A DNA stretch of 64,000 bases from assembly GCF_001194135.2 (NCBI RefSeq), contig NC_069004.1, forward strand, positions 2,809,788 through 2,873,787, in the 5' to 3' direction. Both the position numbers and the translations under genes were made by a program. Numbering within the stretch: position 1 is the stretch's first letter; the number at the start of each line of letters is the position of its first letter. Under the pieces are notes generated by a model. The model had not been told where the DNA came from. It saw only the letters and a list, made by a program, of their open reading frames with translations, and did no database searches. The DNA comes from Octopus bimaculoides. Taxonomy: Eukaryota. This document shows positions 51,343 through 63,399 of the stretch, piece by piece.

Positions 51343-51433
51343 TTATTCGCCATGAAGTGACAACCATTTAGCCATTAAGCGATCAGTCATTGGTGCGTTC
51401 TCTTTTAGTGATTTCCTCTCGTTGATCAAACTC
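51343..51433 (-). CDS. TTC38: TTC38 last coding exon
   Basis: ttttacag|G SLINERKSLKENAPMTDRLMAKWLSLHGE-stop. Confidence 0.94.
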
Positions 51434-53818
51434 CTGTAAAATCAAACCAAGCAGAAATTAATCATCAGTTGTGTTATTGTTAGAAAGGAAGAAAGCAACA
51501 AATTGGCAGAATCGCTAGCATGCTAGACAGAATGCAAAGCGGCATTTCAGCTATCTTTATGTTTTGGGTTCAAATTCCGCCGAGGTCAACTGTGCCTTTT
51601 ATCCTTTCAGGGTCAATAAATTAAGTACCAGTAGTGTACTGGGATCGATCTGATCGACTGGCCCCCTCCCCAAAAATGTCAGGCCTTGTGCCTAGAGCAG
51701 AAAAGAATCTTCTGTATAAACATGTCCACCCTTAGAGAAATATCAACTTGTTTGGAAACGGGCAAAGGTCGACAACAGCAAGGACACCTCAGAGTTCCGT
51801 GAGGGAAAATTCAAAGAAATACTTGCCTTGCTAAGTTCTTGTGTTCGTTTGATGGTGACTTCATGGCAGCAGAGATCAACATTAAATTGAATACGTCACG
51901 CTGGGGGAAACAGGAAAAAAAAACAAGGAAAACAAATAAATTAAAAGATAAAAAAAATACTGTTTTATCTTCATTATGCATAATGGAGGTGATGTAATCA
52001 ACCCCCCCCCCACCTAAAGTCGATGGTCTTCTGCCTAAATTTGAAACCATTATTACTATTATCATTAAGGCGGCGAGCTGGCAGAATCCAGAGGCCCTAT
52101 TATCGATTTTTCTTCAACAATCTGAGTATGCCATGAAGTTTCCAGACATGAGTTCTATTCACATGTCAAATTTCATCAACAATGAAGGAGGAGTAAGCTA
52201 ACAACTCCACAAACGCACCCACAGACAGAACTTCCCACAAATGTAGTAGATTGTTTTAAAGAAGATTGTTGTGTAAGGCTGGAACAATGTGAGAAGATAC
52301 AAAGTAAACTACAAAAGGAAAAGAAAACAACAAAGTTGCAGCTTTAACTTGTGTTTCTGTATTTTGGGGTAAAAACCTCTTCTTCAGGACATTTGGGAAA
52401 AGCGGGAGTTGGAAAAGATCGTTGCTCAGATGTGTGTGTGTGGAGGGGGGAAGGTAGAGGAGGAAGGTGACATGCACGGGCTGGTGTTGCCATAGCAACC
52501 AGCCTACTTCGTGTAGTTCCTTCCTGTTGCTCATGAAGAATGAGAGAGAGAGAGAACGAAAGAGTAAGAGAGCAAGAGAGTGCAAGAAAGCATAAGAGAG
52601 AGTGTGTGTGAGAGAGAGAAAGAGATATACACACAAAACCCCCCATACACCTACATCCATATAAATAAATGAAGAGAAGGTGCCTCACCTGTGCATTACT
52701 TCCACCGATGGTATAGATGTCATATCTGACAGGCATGAGATTATCGACAACAGCAGCAAATTCTTCTTCTTGGTAATCCTTCAAAGCTTTGCACAATTTA
52801 TAGCCAACGTGTTCACTGATACTCCGATTATCACCTACACCATATCTTTAACGAGAATTCACAGTTGGAATTTAATTGTTAGATTTTGTCAAACTGTTTC
52901 ACAATAATCAGGTCATCCCATAAGTCCTGTCCGATTTTACCTTTTTTTAAAATTGAATGAAATTTAATAGTATTTTAGAATATCTAATGGAATTAAAAAT
53001 TATTTTTATGCATTTGTGCACATTTAAACTAATTAAATATTATTTTACAGAATAATAGATTTAAAATTTCTTTGATTAAAACTCTTTCTAACATGGAAGT
53101 AGCCGAAGCGACTCGAAACATAAACTCAGTTTATGGGAAAGAATGCTTGAACGAAAGAACTTGCAGAAGATGGTTTGCAAAATTCAGAAATGGAGATTTC
53201 AGCCTTGAAGATGAAGATCGAACAGGACGTCCAGTTGTGTTTGATGATAAACTCCTTGAGGCATTACTTGAAGAAAATCCTGCATCATCAGCTGAAGAAT
53301 TGGCAATAAAGCTTATTTCAAACCAGACAACTGTTCATTGATATATTTAACAACTTGGAAAGGTTCCTAAACTTGGAAAATGGGTGCCTCATGAATTGTC
53401 CGAAAGCAACCACAATCAAATAATCAGGGAAAGTACATTGATGATTAAATTTCAATTAAATATAACATTTGATCACTTGTTTTCTTTATTCAAAATTCAG
53501 ACAGAACTCATGGGATGACCTTGACCTAAGATATGTGGATATTATTAGCTGTGAGTGAGTGTTGGTGCATGTGTACTTGTGAGTGTTTGTGTAAACGTGC
53601 GTGTTTGTGTAAACGTGTGTGTTTGTTTAAATGTGTGTATTTGTGTGAGTGTTCTCTGCTTCCGTCTACCAAATCCACTCACAAGACTTTGGTTGGCCCA
53701 AGATTGTAATAGAAGACGTTTGCCTAAGGGGCCACAAAGCAGGATTGAACCTGAGAGCACATTGCTAGAAAGCAAGCTTCTCAAACACACAGCCAAGCCC
53801 ATGCCAATGGTATAGAGT

Positions 53819-53882
<64 letters not shown>

Positions 53883-56309
53883 GCGACCAATCTACTTACT
53901 CGATGAAGTCCTGAAGTGATTCCAGTAGTTTATCACTAAACTCTTCCTGGCCAGCGCCAAGGCAACTCATCATTGAATGGGCATCATTGAAACTGAGGAT
54001 GTGGTCCGTGGCATGGTCTTTGAATTCTTCAAAACAACTCGACCAACGTTCAGAGACATTTATTCCTGTCAGACAAACACAGAAAATAAAACCAAGATTG
54101 GAACGGTTATTTGCATATTTATTCTTTTACTTGTTTCGGTCATTTGACTGTGGCCATGCTGGAGCACCGCTTTTAGTCAAGCAAATCGACCCCAGGACTT
54201 ACTCTTTGTAAGCCTAGTACTTATTCTATCAGTCTCTTTTGCCGAACCGCTAGGTTACCGACTTAATCCGTTTGTCTGTCCTTGTTTGTCCCTTCTGTGT
54301 GTAGCCCCTTGTGGGCAATAAATAAATAAGATGGTCGTCAAAAAAGTCATGATATTATTGTATGCAAGCTGTACAGGTATATTTACCGTATTAAATAAGT
54401 CATAACGAATATCATGATAGGAAATCAGGGAAGAACTGCATAAAGGTACACATATTTTTCAACTTCTGTTTAATATGTATTTTAGATCTGTATTACAAAG
54501 AAAAAAAATCTAGAAAACTTATCTATTCTTACAAAGATTTCTTATCTGACCAGATATACGTATCAAGGAATATGTTTTACTCTCGTATAGGTAATATAAT
54601 CAAACATGCTGTCACACAAGATTAGTTTTGATGAAATCTACAATCACACAAGTCACATGATCTAATAAAACCATGAAGGAGGTCAGTGGACTCGAAGGGG
54701 ATGCTGGAGATGAGGAGAGCTGCAGCAATGAAGGTGGCAGAGGTGAAGGGGATGGTGTTGGTGATGAAGACAGAAGAGTCGAAGAGGACAACAATGATGA
54801 AGAGGATGGTGACGAAGGTGTCAGTGGAGGGGTGGGTGGGGTGCGAATAAGGGTAATGGTTAGAATAACGAAGATGATTTGCAAAAAGAAAGGTAATGAG
54901 GCTTTCAATGACGGCACTGACTGTGATGACAACAACGGCATCAATCAAAGACGGCTGACACTCACCTTCCAATTGAAGACGATACAAGAGTGATGCTTTG
55001 TCGACAAAATCCAACATAGCTCCAGAATTCTTGGCACGGACAGCAACCTGAAGAACAACAACATAGATTGTTTGGTTATCATCTTTCAGCGATTAGTTAA
55101 TACGTACCCTTCATATGGAACCTGTTTATATTTTGGACAGGAATGACGCTTACTTAAATAACAGTTTGGGGCTAGAGGGTAATTAGAGTACAGGGATCCC
55201 AGTGCTCAATTGGTCCTTATGTTATCGATTCCGAAAAGATGAAATGTCAAGTTGACCTCAGCAAAATTTGAAGATGAACGAAATGCCACTAAGCGTTTAG
55301 CCTGGCATGCTAACGATTCTGTGAGCTCAACGCCTTAATAATAATAATAATAATAATAATAAAATGACTGAAACAAGAATAAAAGAATATCGATTCATAG
55401 GGGCTGGTTTCCCAGATTTCCTGATGCGTACACTTCCCTCCGTATGGGACAACAGTCCAATGCGAGATTACTCATTTCTACTAGCTGAATGGACTGGAAC
55501 AATGTGAAATGAAGTGTTTTGCTCAAGGATACAACATATTGCCCAGTTCAGGAATTGAAACAGCAATCTTCCCATCATGAGCCGAACCCTCAAACTACTT
55601 AGCTATGTGCCTCCACTATGACATAAATGGCCAGTCAGAACTTGGATAAAGGTCAGCTGGAGGCCAAACAATGACAGCCAACACATAGACACACATACAC
55701 AGAAGTAGACATGTATGAGGGTGTGCTGAAAAGTTTCTGGCTTTAAGGGCATTATGAAAGGCCTGGTTGGAGGCCTAACCTTCAGAGTTCTTTTTACAGG
55801 GCTTAGAAAAACTGAAGGACCGGTGTAATAAATGTGTGAATCTGAATGAAATGATAATTAACTGATTCTCCTGGATTTTCTTTTACCGAAAGCCAGGAAC
55901 TTTTCAGCACCCCCTCATCGAGATGCACAGAGATACAGAGATAGAGAGACATTCAGACGCTCTAGATTGCTTAAGTTGTAATCAGTAAAAGAAAGTCCTT
56001 GACTTACTTCTCTGTCGTATATATCAAGGGCAGCTTCGTACTGTCCCTGGGAAGAAAAGCAAAAAAACAAAAATTAAGAAAAAAATGACTGATAATAAAT
56101 CATGAGAAAACATGTTTTAGACTTGAATAAACATTTTAAAAAAATCTGATTAAATCATAGGTGCGGGTGTGGCTGTGTGACAAGAAGCTTGCTTCCCAAC
56201 AACATGGTTGTGGGTTCAGGTCCACTGCGTGTCATTTGGGGCAAGTCTGCTTCCCATGCTGGCATGGTGTGAGCATGTGCGCATGTGTCCCCACCGCCAC
56301 TTGGTAACA

Positions 56310-56343
<34 letters not shown>

Positions 56344-56573
56344 GGAGAGACAAATACGTCTGCATAACATTTATAACATTAACAATGTGTAAAGCAGGAA
56401 GTTAACATGAATAAGAGATAACGATGGGCTTTTTAAAATCTGCTTTTTGTGTAATTCGCTAAACAATTCACTAGCTTGCTTACCTTTTCAATATGATAGA
56501 GGGCCCAGTGCCAGTAGTTGTGACATGCCAACATTCCACAGACCTTTAAACCAAAATAGAAGAATAAAAGACA

Positions 56574-56610
<37 letters not shown>

Positions 56611-57273
56611 TAAGTTCAAAAAAAGGAAAGACAAAAAACAACAACAAAAAACGTGAGGACGTGATACAGATTGTGTTACTGGACGCTCGGGAAATATATA
56701 CACACACACATACACACACATATATATATATATACATGCATACATACATACACACACACATAATTATAAACACACATACACACATTTATATGTATACATA
56801 CACAGAATATATATGTGTGTGTTTGTGAGTGTGTGTGTGTGTGCATGTGTTTGAGTGTCTGTGCGCATTTGTGTGCACATTTGTGTTTGTACGTGTGGAT
56901 TTGTGTGTGTGTGCATAGACACTACTCTACACAAATTTATTCATCTCTGAGAAACAATTTCAGAGATTCACACGAATCGTTACACAAAGGAAATTATATT
57001 TAATTTATTGTTAAATGCAAGAAACATCAATAAACTCTAATGACACAGTTTCACAGTATTTCCCATAAAATAACTGTCACATCTCATTACGGACTTATAA
57101 ACTGAAGTTTGGAAATGAACCAAATAAATGTTTGTCAATAAACATGCTATGAACGTGTGAAACCAACTTCTGTTTGCCAGATGACATTCTAAATCTGAAT
57201 GCTCCAATGCATTCAAGAAGAACCATTTTGAGCTTAGCGACTGAATATTCGTTGTATATTAAATAAATGAATA

Positions 57274-57304
<31 letters not shown>

Positions 57305-59629
57305 TTTTCTATTATAGGCACAAGGCCTGAAATTTGGGGGAGGGGCACAGTCGATCACATCGACCACAATACTCAAACTTGCACGTTTTTTCATCGACTC
57401 CGAAAGGATGAAAGGCAAAATCGACCTCGGCACAATTTGAACTCAGAACGTAAAGACAGACAGCCATAACATGCAAACATTTCTCATGGCACCAGAACAC
57501 TGTTTACAGATGCTGACATTATATTTTCTGTGAATTTTTCACGGGTTCAGCTAATAATAATAATAATAATCCTTTCTACCATAGGCACAAGGCTTGAAAT
57601 TTTTGTGGAGAGGTAAGTCGATTACATTGACCCAAGTGCGTAACTGGTACTCATTTCATCGACCCCAAAAGGATGAAAAGCAAAGTCGACTGTGGTGGAA
57701 TTTGAACTCAGAACGTAGCGACAGGAGAAATACCACTTACACTCACTCACACTTATACTCACCGACCAGTCCTTTTCTGTCGTCTCCAGGAAGGTGGAAC
57801 CTTGGTTTTGTCTTCCCAGCATCTCGTTGACGTGGGCCATGGCATGAGTGGCCCAGGCGTCTTTTTTGTTGATCCCCAGGGCCTGACAACAATAACAACA
57901 ATAAACAAATAGAAAGACAAACAACAGCAGTTTACCAAAAACTGATAATAGGGGGAGCCACTATCTACTTGTTGTTTAGTTATTCTTAAAGATTCCAATT
58001 CCACAGATCAATGGCCAAAGGCCGCCCATTCTGTCTTTGGTCAGCTTTTGACCATTTTCCTAAAAAAGTTGCAGGATTATTCATGAACTGAAGAATAAAT
58101 TGAAACGTTAGAAGATTTGGTTACCTTTAAGGCTGATTTTTCAGCTTGGTCAAAAAGATTGGTCTCTTCCTGGCCAAATGCAAGCATACCATGGAGATAT
58201 CTGTTCACCAAAAATAATTTCAATAATAATTCTTTTAAAATTACTATCCTCACCATTATTATCATCCAGTGTTTTACATCTGTCTTTGTCACTGTTGAAA
58301 TATCGTTCAACTAATAAAATATCTTCCAATCGAATCGCGCTCTTAGTCTTGACTGTTTACCTTTGTGAAGAGTTACGTCAATCTTTTTAAAATTGTAATA
58401 ATAATAATGATAATAATAATGGTGGTGATAATGAAGATTTCTTTATTAACCAGTAATGGTTTATGACAAGAGTGAGGATCATACAGGAAGATATAATAAT
58501 GATAGTAATAATAACAGAAACCTTACCCATACAATGGAATACTGGAATCCCAATATGGCAAAACTCGTGCTACAGAGTCCCGCATTTGGGGTCGGAGGCC
58601 CAAAAAGAAGTAAGAGTCATGGGCGAATTTCAGAGCTAAGATGTCTTTGGGTTTCTCTCCCAGAATTGACTCCCAAACAGAACAAGCTTCAGCTATATTC
58701 CTGGATAATGGAGGAAAAGGCAGAATTTATTAGAAAATGTTAAATGGTTGAAACCGGTTCGAGTCAATTGGAAGTCTCTCTCTCTCTTACTAGGGACCTA
58801 TAGATCAGTGGTTCGCATCTGATTAGAAGTACTAGATGCAGCAGGGCCTAATGATTAACCCCCTCAACATTCAAACCAGCCATATGAGGCCCAAATATTC
58901 TACTTGTTTTATGGCGACCTGGCTAGATCCTACCTCTTACACCTACCCTACAATGTCATTCAAAAACTAAACAAGCCCATCATTGAAATCTCAAAGCTAC
59001 CAAATAATGTATGATTGATTTAAAACAATGTGAATAAATTAGCATTACGTTTGATAAAACAATCTGAATGTTAAAAGGTTTGTGTTTGTGTGCATGTGTG
59101 TGTGTGTGTATGTGTGTGTGTGTGCGTGTGAGTGTGTACTGGGGGCGGGGTCAATAAAAAAAGAAAAGGAAAACGACGTTGGCTATGGCAGCTAACAAGG
59201 TCAGCTACTGATTTTCTGAAAGCCAAGACGGAGAAAGACAACGCCTGGTTGAAGTGTCTTGTTTAGAAATACTCCATAAAAACACCATGGAGAAGGGGAG
59301 AGAGAAAAAAAGACATGAAAGTGACACAGGGTGGAGTGTGAAAGCCTGGTGGGGGGGGGCGAGACAAAGAGAGCGAGAGAGAGGAACAGAGACAGATAGA
59401 GGTATGTGTGAGGGAGAGAAGTCACTTCTCTCTGCTGGGTGACATAGATAAAAGACATGGTTGGGGGAGACCGGGGTGATGAGAGAGGTGAGGAGGGAGA
59501 GAGAGGTGAGAGAGAGAGAGAAACAAAGAGAAAGCTGAGAGACGAATATCAAGCAAAACACCTTTGTCATTCCTGACACTATACTTTGAGTAAAAACCTG
59601 TCTGAAATGAGATTACACACACACAGACC

Positions 59630-59664
<35 letters not shown>

Positions 59665-62187
59665 CAAGTAATTATTATAGAATCCGACAATTCTTGAGAC
59701 CAAAAGTAGAGAGAGAGACAGACAGACATTATCATTCCAATCAACAGCATTACTAATTTTAAGACCAGAGTCATCATCATCATCATCACCATCCCTACCA
59801 CCTCCACCACCACCACCACCACCACCACCTTCACCATCATAAGTCTCATCATCATCATCATCATCAAAGAATTACCAACCCTTTGGACCAGAGGTAAATG
59901 GCATTAATGTGTTGCTTCTCCCAAGGCGTGACGGTCGGTTTGTTGGCCATATTCTTCAAGTGTTCCATTCTGTCGAATAATCCTTTGTCAAATCTGCTGC
60001 TGGTGCCAGTTCCCAAAACGTCGAGACCATTCTTGATCACATGACCCATCACTTTAAAAGAAAAAAAAAAAAAACAACAAACAAACAGCAATAAGTATAA
60101 TCACATTTTTTGGGGTGGGGAGGGGACAGGTAACGAACGACGTCGGGTACTTATTGAGCACAGGGTCATAGAGCAGGGTAGATATCAAGGGCAGTGGAGG
60201 CGCAATGGCCCAGTGGTTAGGGCAGCGGACTCGCGGTCATAGGATCGCGGTTTCGATTCCCAGACCGGGCGTTGTGAGTGTTTATTGAGCGGAAACACCT
60301 AAAAAAGCTCCACGAGGNNNNNNNNNNNNNNNNNNNNNNNNNNNNNNNNNNNNNNNNNNNNNNNNNNNNNNNNNNNNNNNNNNNNNNNNNNNNNNNNNNN
60401 NNNNNNNNNNNNNNNNNNNNNNNNNNNNNNNNNNNGGCGAACCCTGCTGTACTCTTCCACCACAACTTTCTCTCACTCTTTCTTCCTGTTTCTGTTGTGC
60501 CTGTAATTCAAAGGGTCAGCCTTGTCACACTGTGTCACGCTGAATATCCCCGAGAACTACGTTAAGGGTACACGTGTCTGTGGAGTGCTCAGCCACTTGC
60601 ACGTTAATTTCACGAGCAGGCTGTTCAGTTGATCGGATCAACTGGAACCCTCGACGTCGTAAGCGACGGAGTGCCAACAGTAACTACTTTGATCACCTAA
60701 TGGGTTGTGAATGCCCTCACAGCCTGGCAACTCAACCATGACGACTTTTTGTTATCTCATTGCTGACACACAAGAAAACATATTTTGAGACAGGATCTTT
60801 TGTATCAAATTGCATACTTTGAAATGTCGGTATATTTACATCAGACAGGTTATTCAGATATTAATGTGAGTCCATTAGTACATACCTTGATATTACGATC
60901 TTTTCACATTGGCAGAAAAATGAATTAAACGCTATTACGTATTTCAGTATGAGAATATATATTGTGTTCGTTAGTAAAGGTACTCTTCTACTTATTTCAG
61001 TCATTTGACTGTGGTCATGCTGGAGCACTGCTTTTAGTAGAGCAAATTGACTCCAGGACTTATTCTTTCTAAGCTTAGTACTTATTCTATCGGTGTCTTT
61101 TGCCAAACCGTCCAAGTTACGGGGATGTAAACGCACCAACATCAGTTGTCAAGCAATGGTGGTGGTGGTGGTGCGGGAATAAACAGGGACACACATGTGA
61201 TGGGCTTCTTTCAGTTTCTATCTACCAAATCCACTCACAAGGCTTTGTAAAAACAATAAAAAATACAAGAAAATATACATAAAAAAAGACATTATTTCAT
61301 GAGCTTAATATGTCTAAAAGACAAAGAACTTACCAAAATTTTCATCGGCAGCAATCATTTTCTCAAGGGATCCTTCAAAACCACCAACAGAATCATCTTC
61401 ACACCATCCTACATACTGGCAGAGATAATTAGTGAAATCGTTAAAGGGTTGCTTTTATAATTAACAATTAAAAATGTATTTCATCTACAATTTAATGACA
61501 CTTGTTCCTGTCTCTCAATCATACTTTAGCCTCTTAACACCTGCCCCAAAGACAACTCCCTCAATATAACGAGGGGTTACTAAGAAGTTCTCGGTTTTAA
61601 GGATACCCCCACCCATTCCCACCATCTTCGTTTTAAAAAATGTCTGTACGAGAGACATAAAGCCTCTCTCCATGAATTTTTCAAAGTGGGAGAACATTGT
61701 AGGTGATTGCTCCCACCGGGGACTGGAACTAGACACACACGAATACACACACACACACTTCTTACAGACACTGATACACAAATGCAGACACACAGACACA
61801 CACATAGAAATACACACCAAACACACATGCACATTCATACAGGCATTGATACACAAACACACACCATACAAACATAAACCAAACACACATGCAACATACA
61901 CACACACATTTTTACAGACACTGATGCACAAAGACACAGACACGCATATATGCACACACACACATATATACACACACACACACACACACTCTCTCTCTCT
62001 CTCTCTCTTCCCTCCTACACACTCAAACAAGCACACATCCTAAGGCACTAGTAACCGTGGAAACCAAATATTTCCCGTGTTATATTCTGTTTCTTGAAGA
62101 TTATTTTACCTGGCATAAAGTCGCATCAAACATTTTGCAGGCCTCATCAGACGCTGTTGACATGGGCAAACCAAACGACTGCCAAGC
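51343..62187 (-). CDS. TTC38: Tetratricopeptide repeat protein 38, 13 exons, 456 aa visible, 5'-partial
   Basis: Exons 62110-62187, 61334-61415, 59880-60051, 58527-58700, 58125-58200, 57763-57882, 56484-56543, 56008-56046, 54966-55047, 53900-54065, 52689-52845, 51827-51900 and 51343-51433 join in frame (1371 nt). Motifs EACKMFDATL, ALKFAHDSYF, DAWATHAMAHV, CHNYWHWAL, DHILSFNDAH and GGSNAQRDVF. Confidence 0.95.
51827..51900 (-). CDS. TTC38: TTC38 exon ending at a GC donor
   Basis: RDVFNLMLISAAMKSPSNEHKNLA AG|gcaagt. Confidence 0.92.
52689..52845 (-). CDS. TTC38: TTC38 exon
   Basis: VGYKLCKAL...LMPVRYDIYTIGGSNAQ|gtgagg. Confidence 0.95.
52908..53524 (+). mobile_element. Internally deleted mariner transposon in a TTC38 intron
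   Basis: Imperfect TIRs ggtcatcccataagtcctgtccgatttt (about 52911-52938) and aaaattcagacagaactcatgggatgacc (53492-53520). ORF 53072-53341 encodes the mariner HTH (RRWFAKFRNGDFSLEDEDRTGRP) followed by WVPHEL; the catalytic domain is absent. Confidence 0.92.
53900..54065 (-). CDS. TTC38: TTC38 exon
   Basis: INVSERWSSCFEEFKDHATDHILSFNDAHSMMSCLGA. Confidence 0.94.
54966..55047 (-). CDS. TTC38: TTC38 exon
   Basis: VAVRAKNSGAMLDFVDKASLLYRLQLE G|gtgagt. Confidence 0.94.
55716..55917 (+). mobile_element. Mariner-derived MITE (about 200 bp)
   Basis: TIRs gagggtgtgctgaaaagtttctggcttt / aaagccaggaacttttcagcaccccctc. Internal GLEKLKDRCNKCVNL resembles a mariner transposase C-terminus. Confidence 0.85.
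56008..56046 (-). CDS. TTC38: TTC38 39-nt exon
   Basis: cttcccag|GQYEAALDIYDRE|gtaagt. Confidence 0.93.
56484..56543 (-). CDS. TTC38: TTC38 exon
   Basis: VCGMLACHNYWHWALYHIEK|gtaagc. Confidence 0.96.
57290..57720 (-). mobile_element. Two family-A SINEs (minus strand) in a TTC38 intron
   Basis: ggcacaaggcctgaaattt...gaaaggatgaaaggcaaaatcgacctcggc..tttgaactcagaacgta, twice, with (TAA)n. Confidence 0.8.
57763..57882 (-). CDS. TTC38: TTC38 exon
   Basis: ALGINKKDAWATHAMAHVNEMLGR...DWS|gtgagt. Confidence 0.95.
58125..58200 (-). CDS. TTC38: TTC38 exon
   Basis: YLHGMLAFGQEETNLFDQAEKSALK|gtaacc. Confidence 0.94.
58527..58700 (-). CDS. TTC38: TTC38 exon
   Basis: NIAEACSVWESILGEKPKDILALKFAHDSYFFLGLRPQMRDSVARVLPYW. 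Confidence 0.95.
59880..60051 (-). CDS. TTC38: TTC38 exon
   Basis: VMGHVIKNGLDVLGTG...HINAIYLWSK GG|gttggt. Confidence 0.92.
60197..60680 (+). mobile_element. Young tRNA-derived SINE (family D here), interrupted by an N gap
   Basis: A-box tggcccagtggttagg and B-box ggtttcgattccc. Core tgtaattcaaagggtcagccttgtcacac...gagaactacgttaagggtacac is shared with older copies near 31580, 31850 and 33590; CpGs intact. Confidence 0.85.
61334..61415 (-). CDS. TTC38: TTC38 exon
   Basis: YVGWCEDDSVGGFEGSLEKMIAADENF G|gtaagt. Confidence 0.93.
61569..61730. mobile_element. Single mariner-like end related to the 55716 MITE terminus
   Basis: acgaggggttactaagaagttctcggttttaagg resembles the TIR gagggtgtgctgaaaagtttctggctttaagg; no partner TIR seen. 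Confidence 0.5.
62110..62187 (-). CDS. TTC38: TTC38 exon
   Basis: AWQSFGLPMSTASDEACKMFDATLCQ|gtaaaa. Confidence 0.93.
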
Positions 62188-62355
62188 CTGCAAAAAAACC
62201 CCAAATTATTCTATTTCGTTAAAAACAAACAAACAAAATAAATGAAAATGATAAAAATTTAAAAAATACAAAACATAAAACAATAAAATCTATGCACAAA
62301 ATTAATCAAAACTCAGAAAATTTCAACAAAAAAAATGAACACATTTAAGGGAAGA

Positions 62356-62523
62356 CATGGCTGTGTGGTTAAGAAGGTTTCTTTGCAGTCAAATGGTTTT
62401 GGTTCAGGGTTCAGTCCCACTGTGTGGCACCTTGGGCAAGTGTCTTCTACTATAGCCTCGGGCCGACCAAAGCCTTGTGAGTGGATTTGGTAGATGGAAA
62501 CTGAAAGAAGCCCACCGTATATA

Positions 62524-62576
<53 letters not shown>

Positions 62577-62735
62577 GTGTGTGTATATGTTTGTGTGTCT
62601 GTGTTTGTCCCCCCAACATCGCTTGACAACCGATGCCGGTGTGTTTAGGTCCCTGTAACTTAGCGGTTCGGCAAAAGAGACCGATAGAATAAGTACTAGG
62701 CTTACAAAGAATAAGTCCTGGGGTCGATTTGATTC
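62356..62735 (+). mobile_element. tRNA-derived SINE (family B here), near full length
   Basis: ggctgtgtggttaagaag...ggttcagtcccactg...gccttgtgagtggatttggtagatggaaactgaaagaagccc, internal TA/TG microsatellite, then ...cttagcggttcggcaaaagagaccgatagaataagtact. Other copies near 6075, 21670, 28190, 35595 and 48410 (-). Confidence 0.85.
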
Positions 62736-62984
62736 NNNNNNNNNNNNNNNNNNNNNNNNNNNNNNNNNNNNNNNNNNNNNNNNNNNNNNNNNNNNNNNNN
62801 NNNNNNNNNNNNNNNNNNNNNNNNNNNNNNNNNNNNNNNNNNNNNNNNNNNNNNNNNNNNNNNNNNNNNNNNNNNGGAGATAGAGAAGGTTGTTTGTAGC
62901 AATAGGAGTAATTTAATGTTTCTTTCTCTTTCTCTCAATAATTTTCTGCTTTAAACCAGAAAAGTTCTACTTCACCCTCTGCTC

Positions 62985-63079
62985 TACAGGATGTCCACAA
63001 AGTTTGGGTACATGGAGTAAATAAATATAAGGAGATATTTATTTACGCCGTGTACCCAGACTTTTGTGGACAGCCTGTA
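62985..63079. mobile_element. Tc1/mariner-type hairpin MITE, 91 bp plus TA duplications
   Basis: TA-caggatgtccacaaagtttgggtacatggagtaaataaat ... atttatttacgccgtgtacccagacttttgtggacagcctg-TA: about 40-bp inverted arms around a short loop. Confidence 0.88.
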
Positions 63080-63399
63080 CTTTGCCTTGTGATGTACAAA
63101 AATGCACCGTGAGAAGATTTTTCTTTTTCCAAATTCATCAATATTTCACATCATTATTTCAAATAATCACCATCACCATTTAATGTCTGTCTTCCATGCT
63201 GGCATGGGTTGGACAGTTTGAAGGGGGCCAGAGAGCCACACCAGGCTTGAATTGTCTGTCTTGGCATGGTTTCTATGGTTGGATGTCCTTCTTGATGCCA
63301 ACCACTTTACAGAGTGTATTGAGTGCCTCTATGTGCCACTTGTATGGTTGTTTCTTATGGGGTACTGGAACAGGTACTTCCTATGTGGTGCCAGCACAA

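Noticed and set aside
54612-54993. Acidic 106-aa plus ORF and Ser/Pro-rich minus ORFs
   Set aside because: GAT/GGT trinucleotide low-complexity intron sequence after the TTC38 54966 donor.
57095-57433. 112-aa minus ORF within TTC38
   Set aside because: Starts in SINE sequence, does not match TTC38, and the gene model is complete in frame without it.
58456-58743. 95-aa plus-strand ORF
   Set aside because: Antisense shadow of the real TTC38 exon 58527-58700.
60197-60275. tRNA-like sequence with A/B boxes
   Set aside because: It continues into a SINE body found in many copies; not a tRNA gene.
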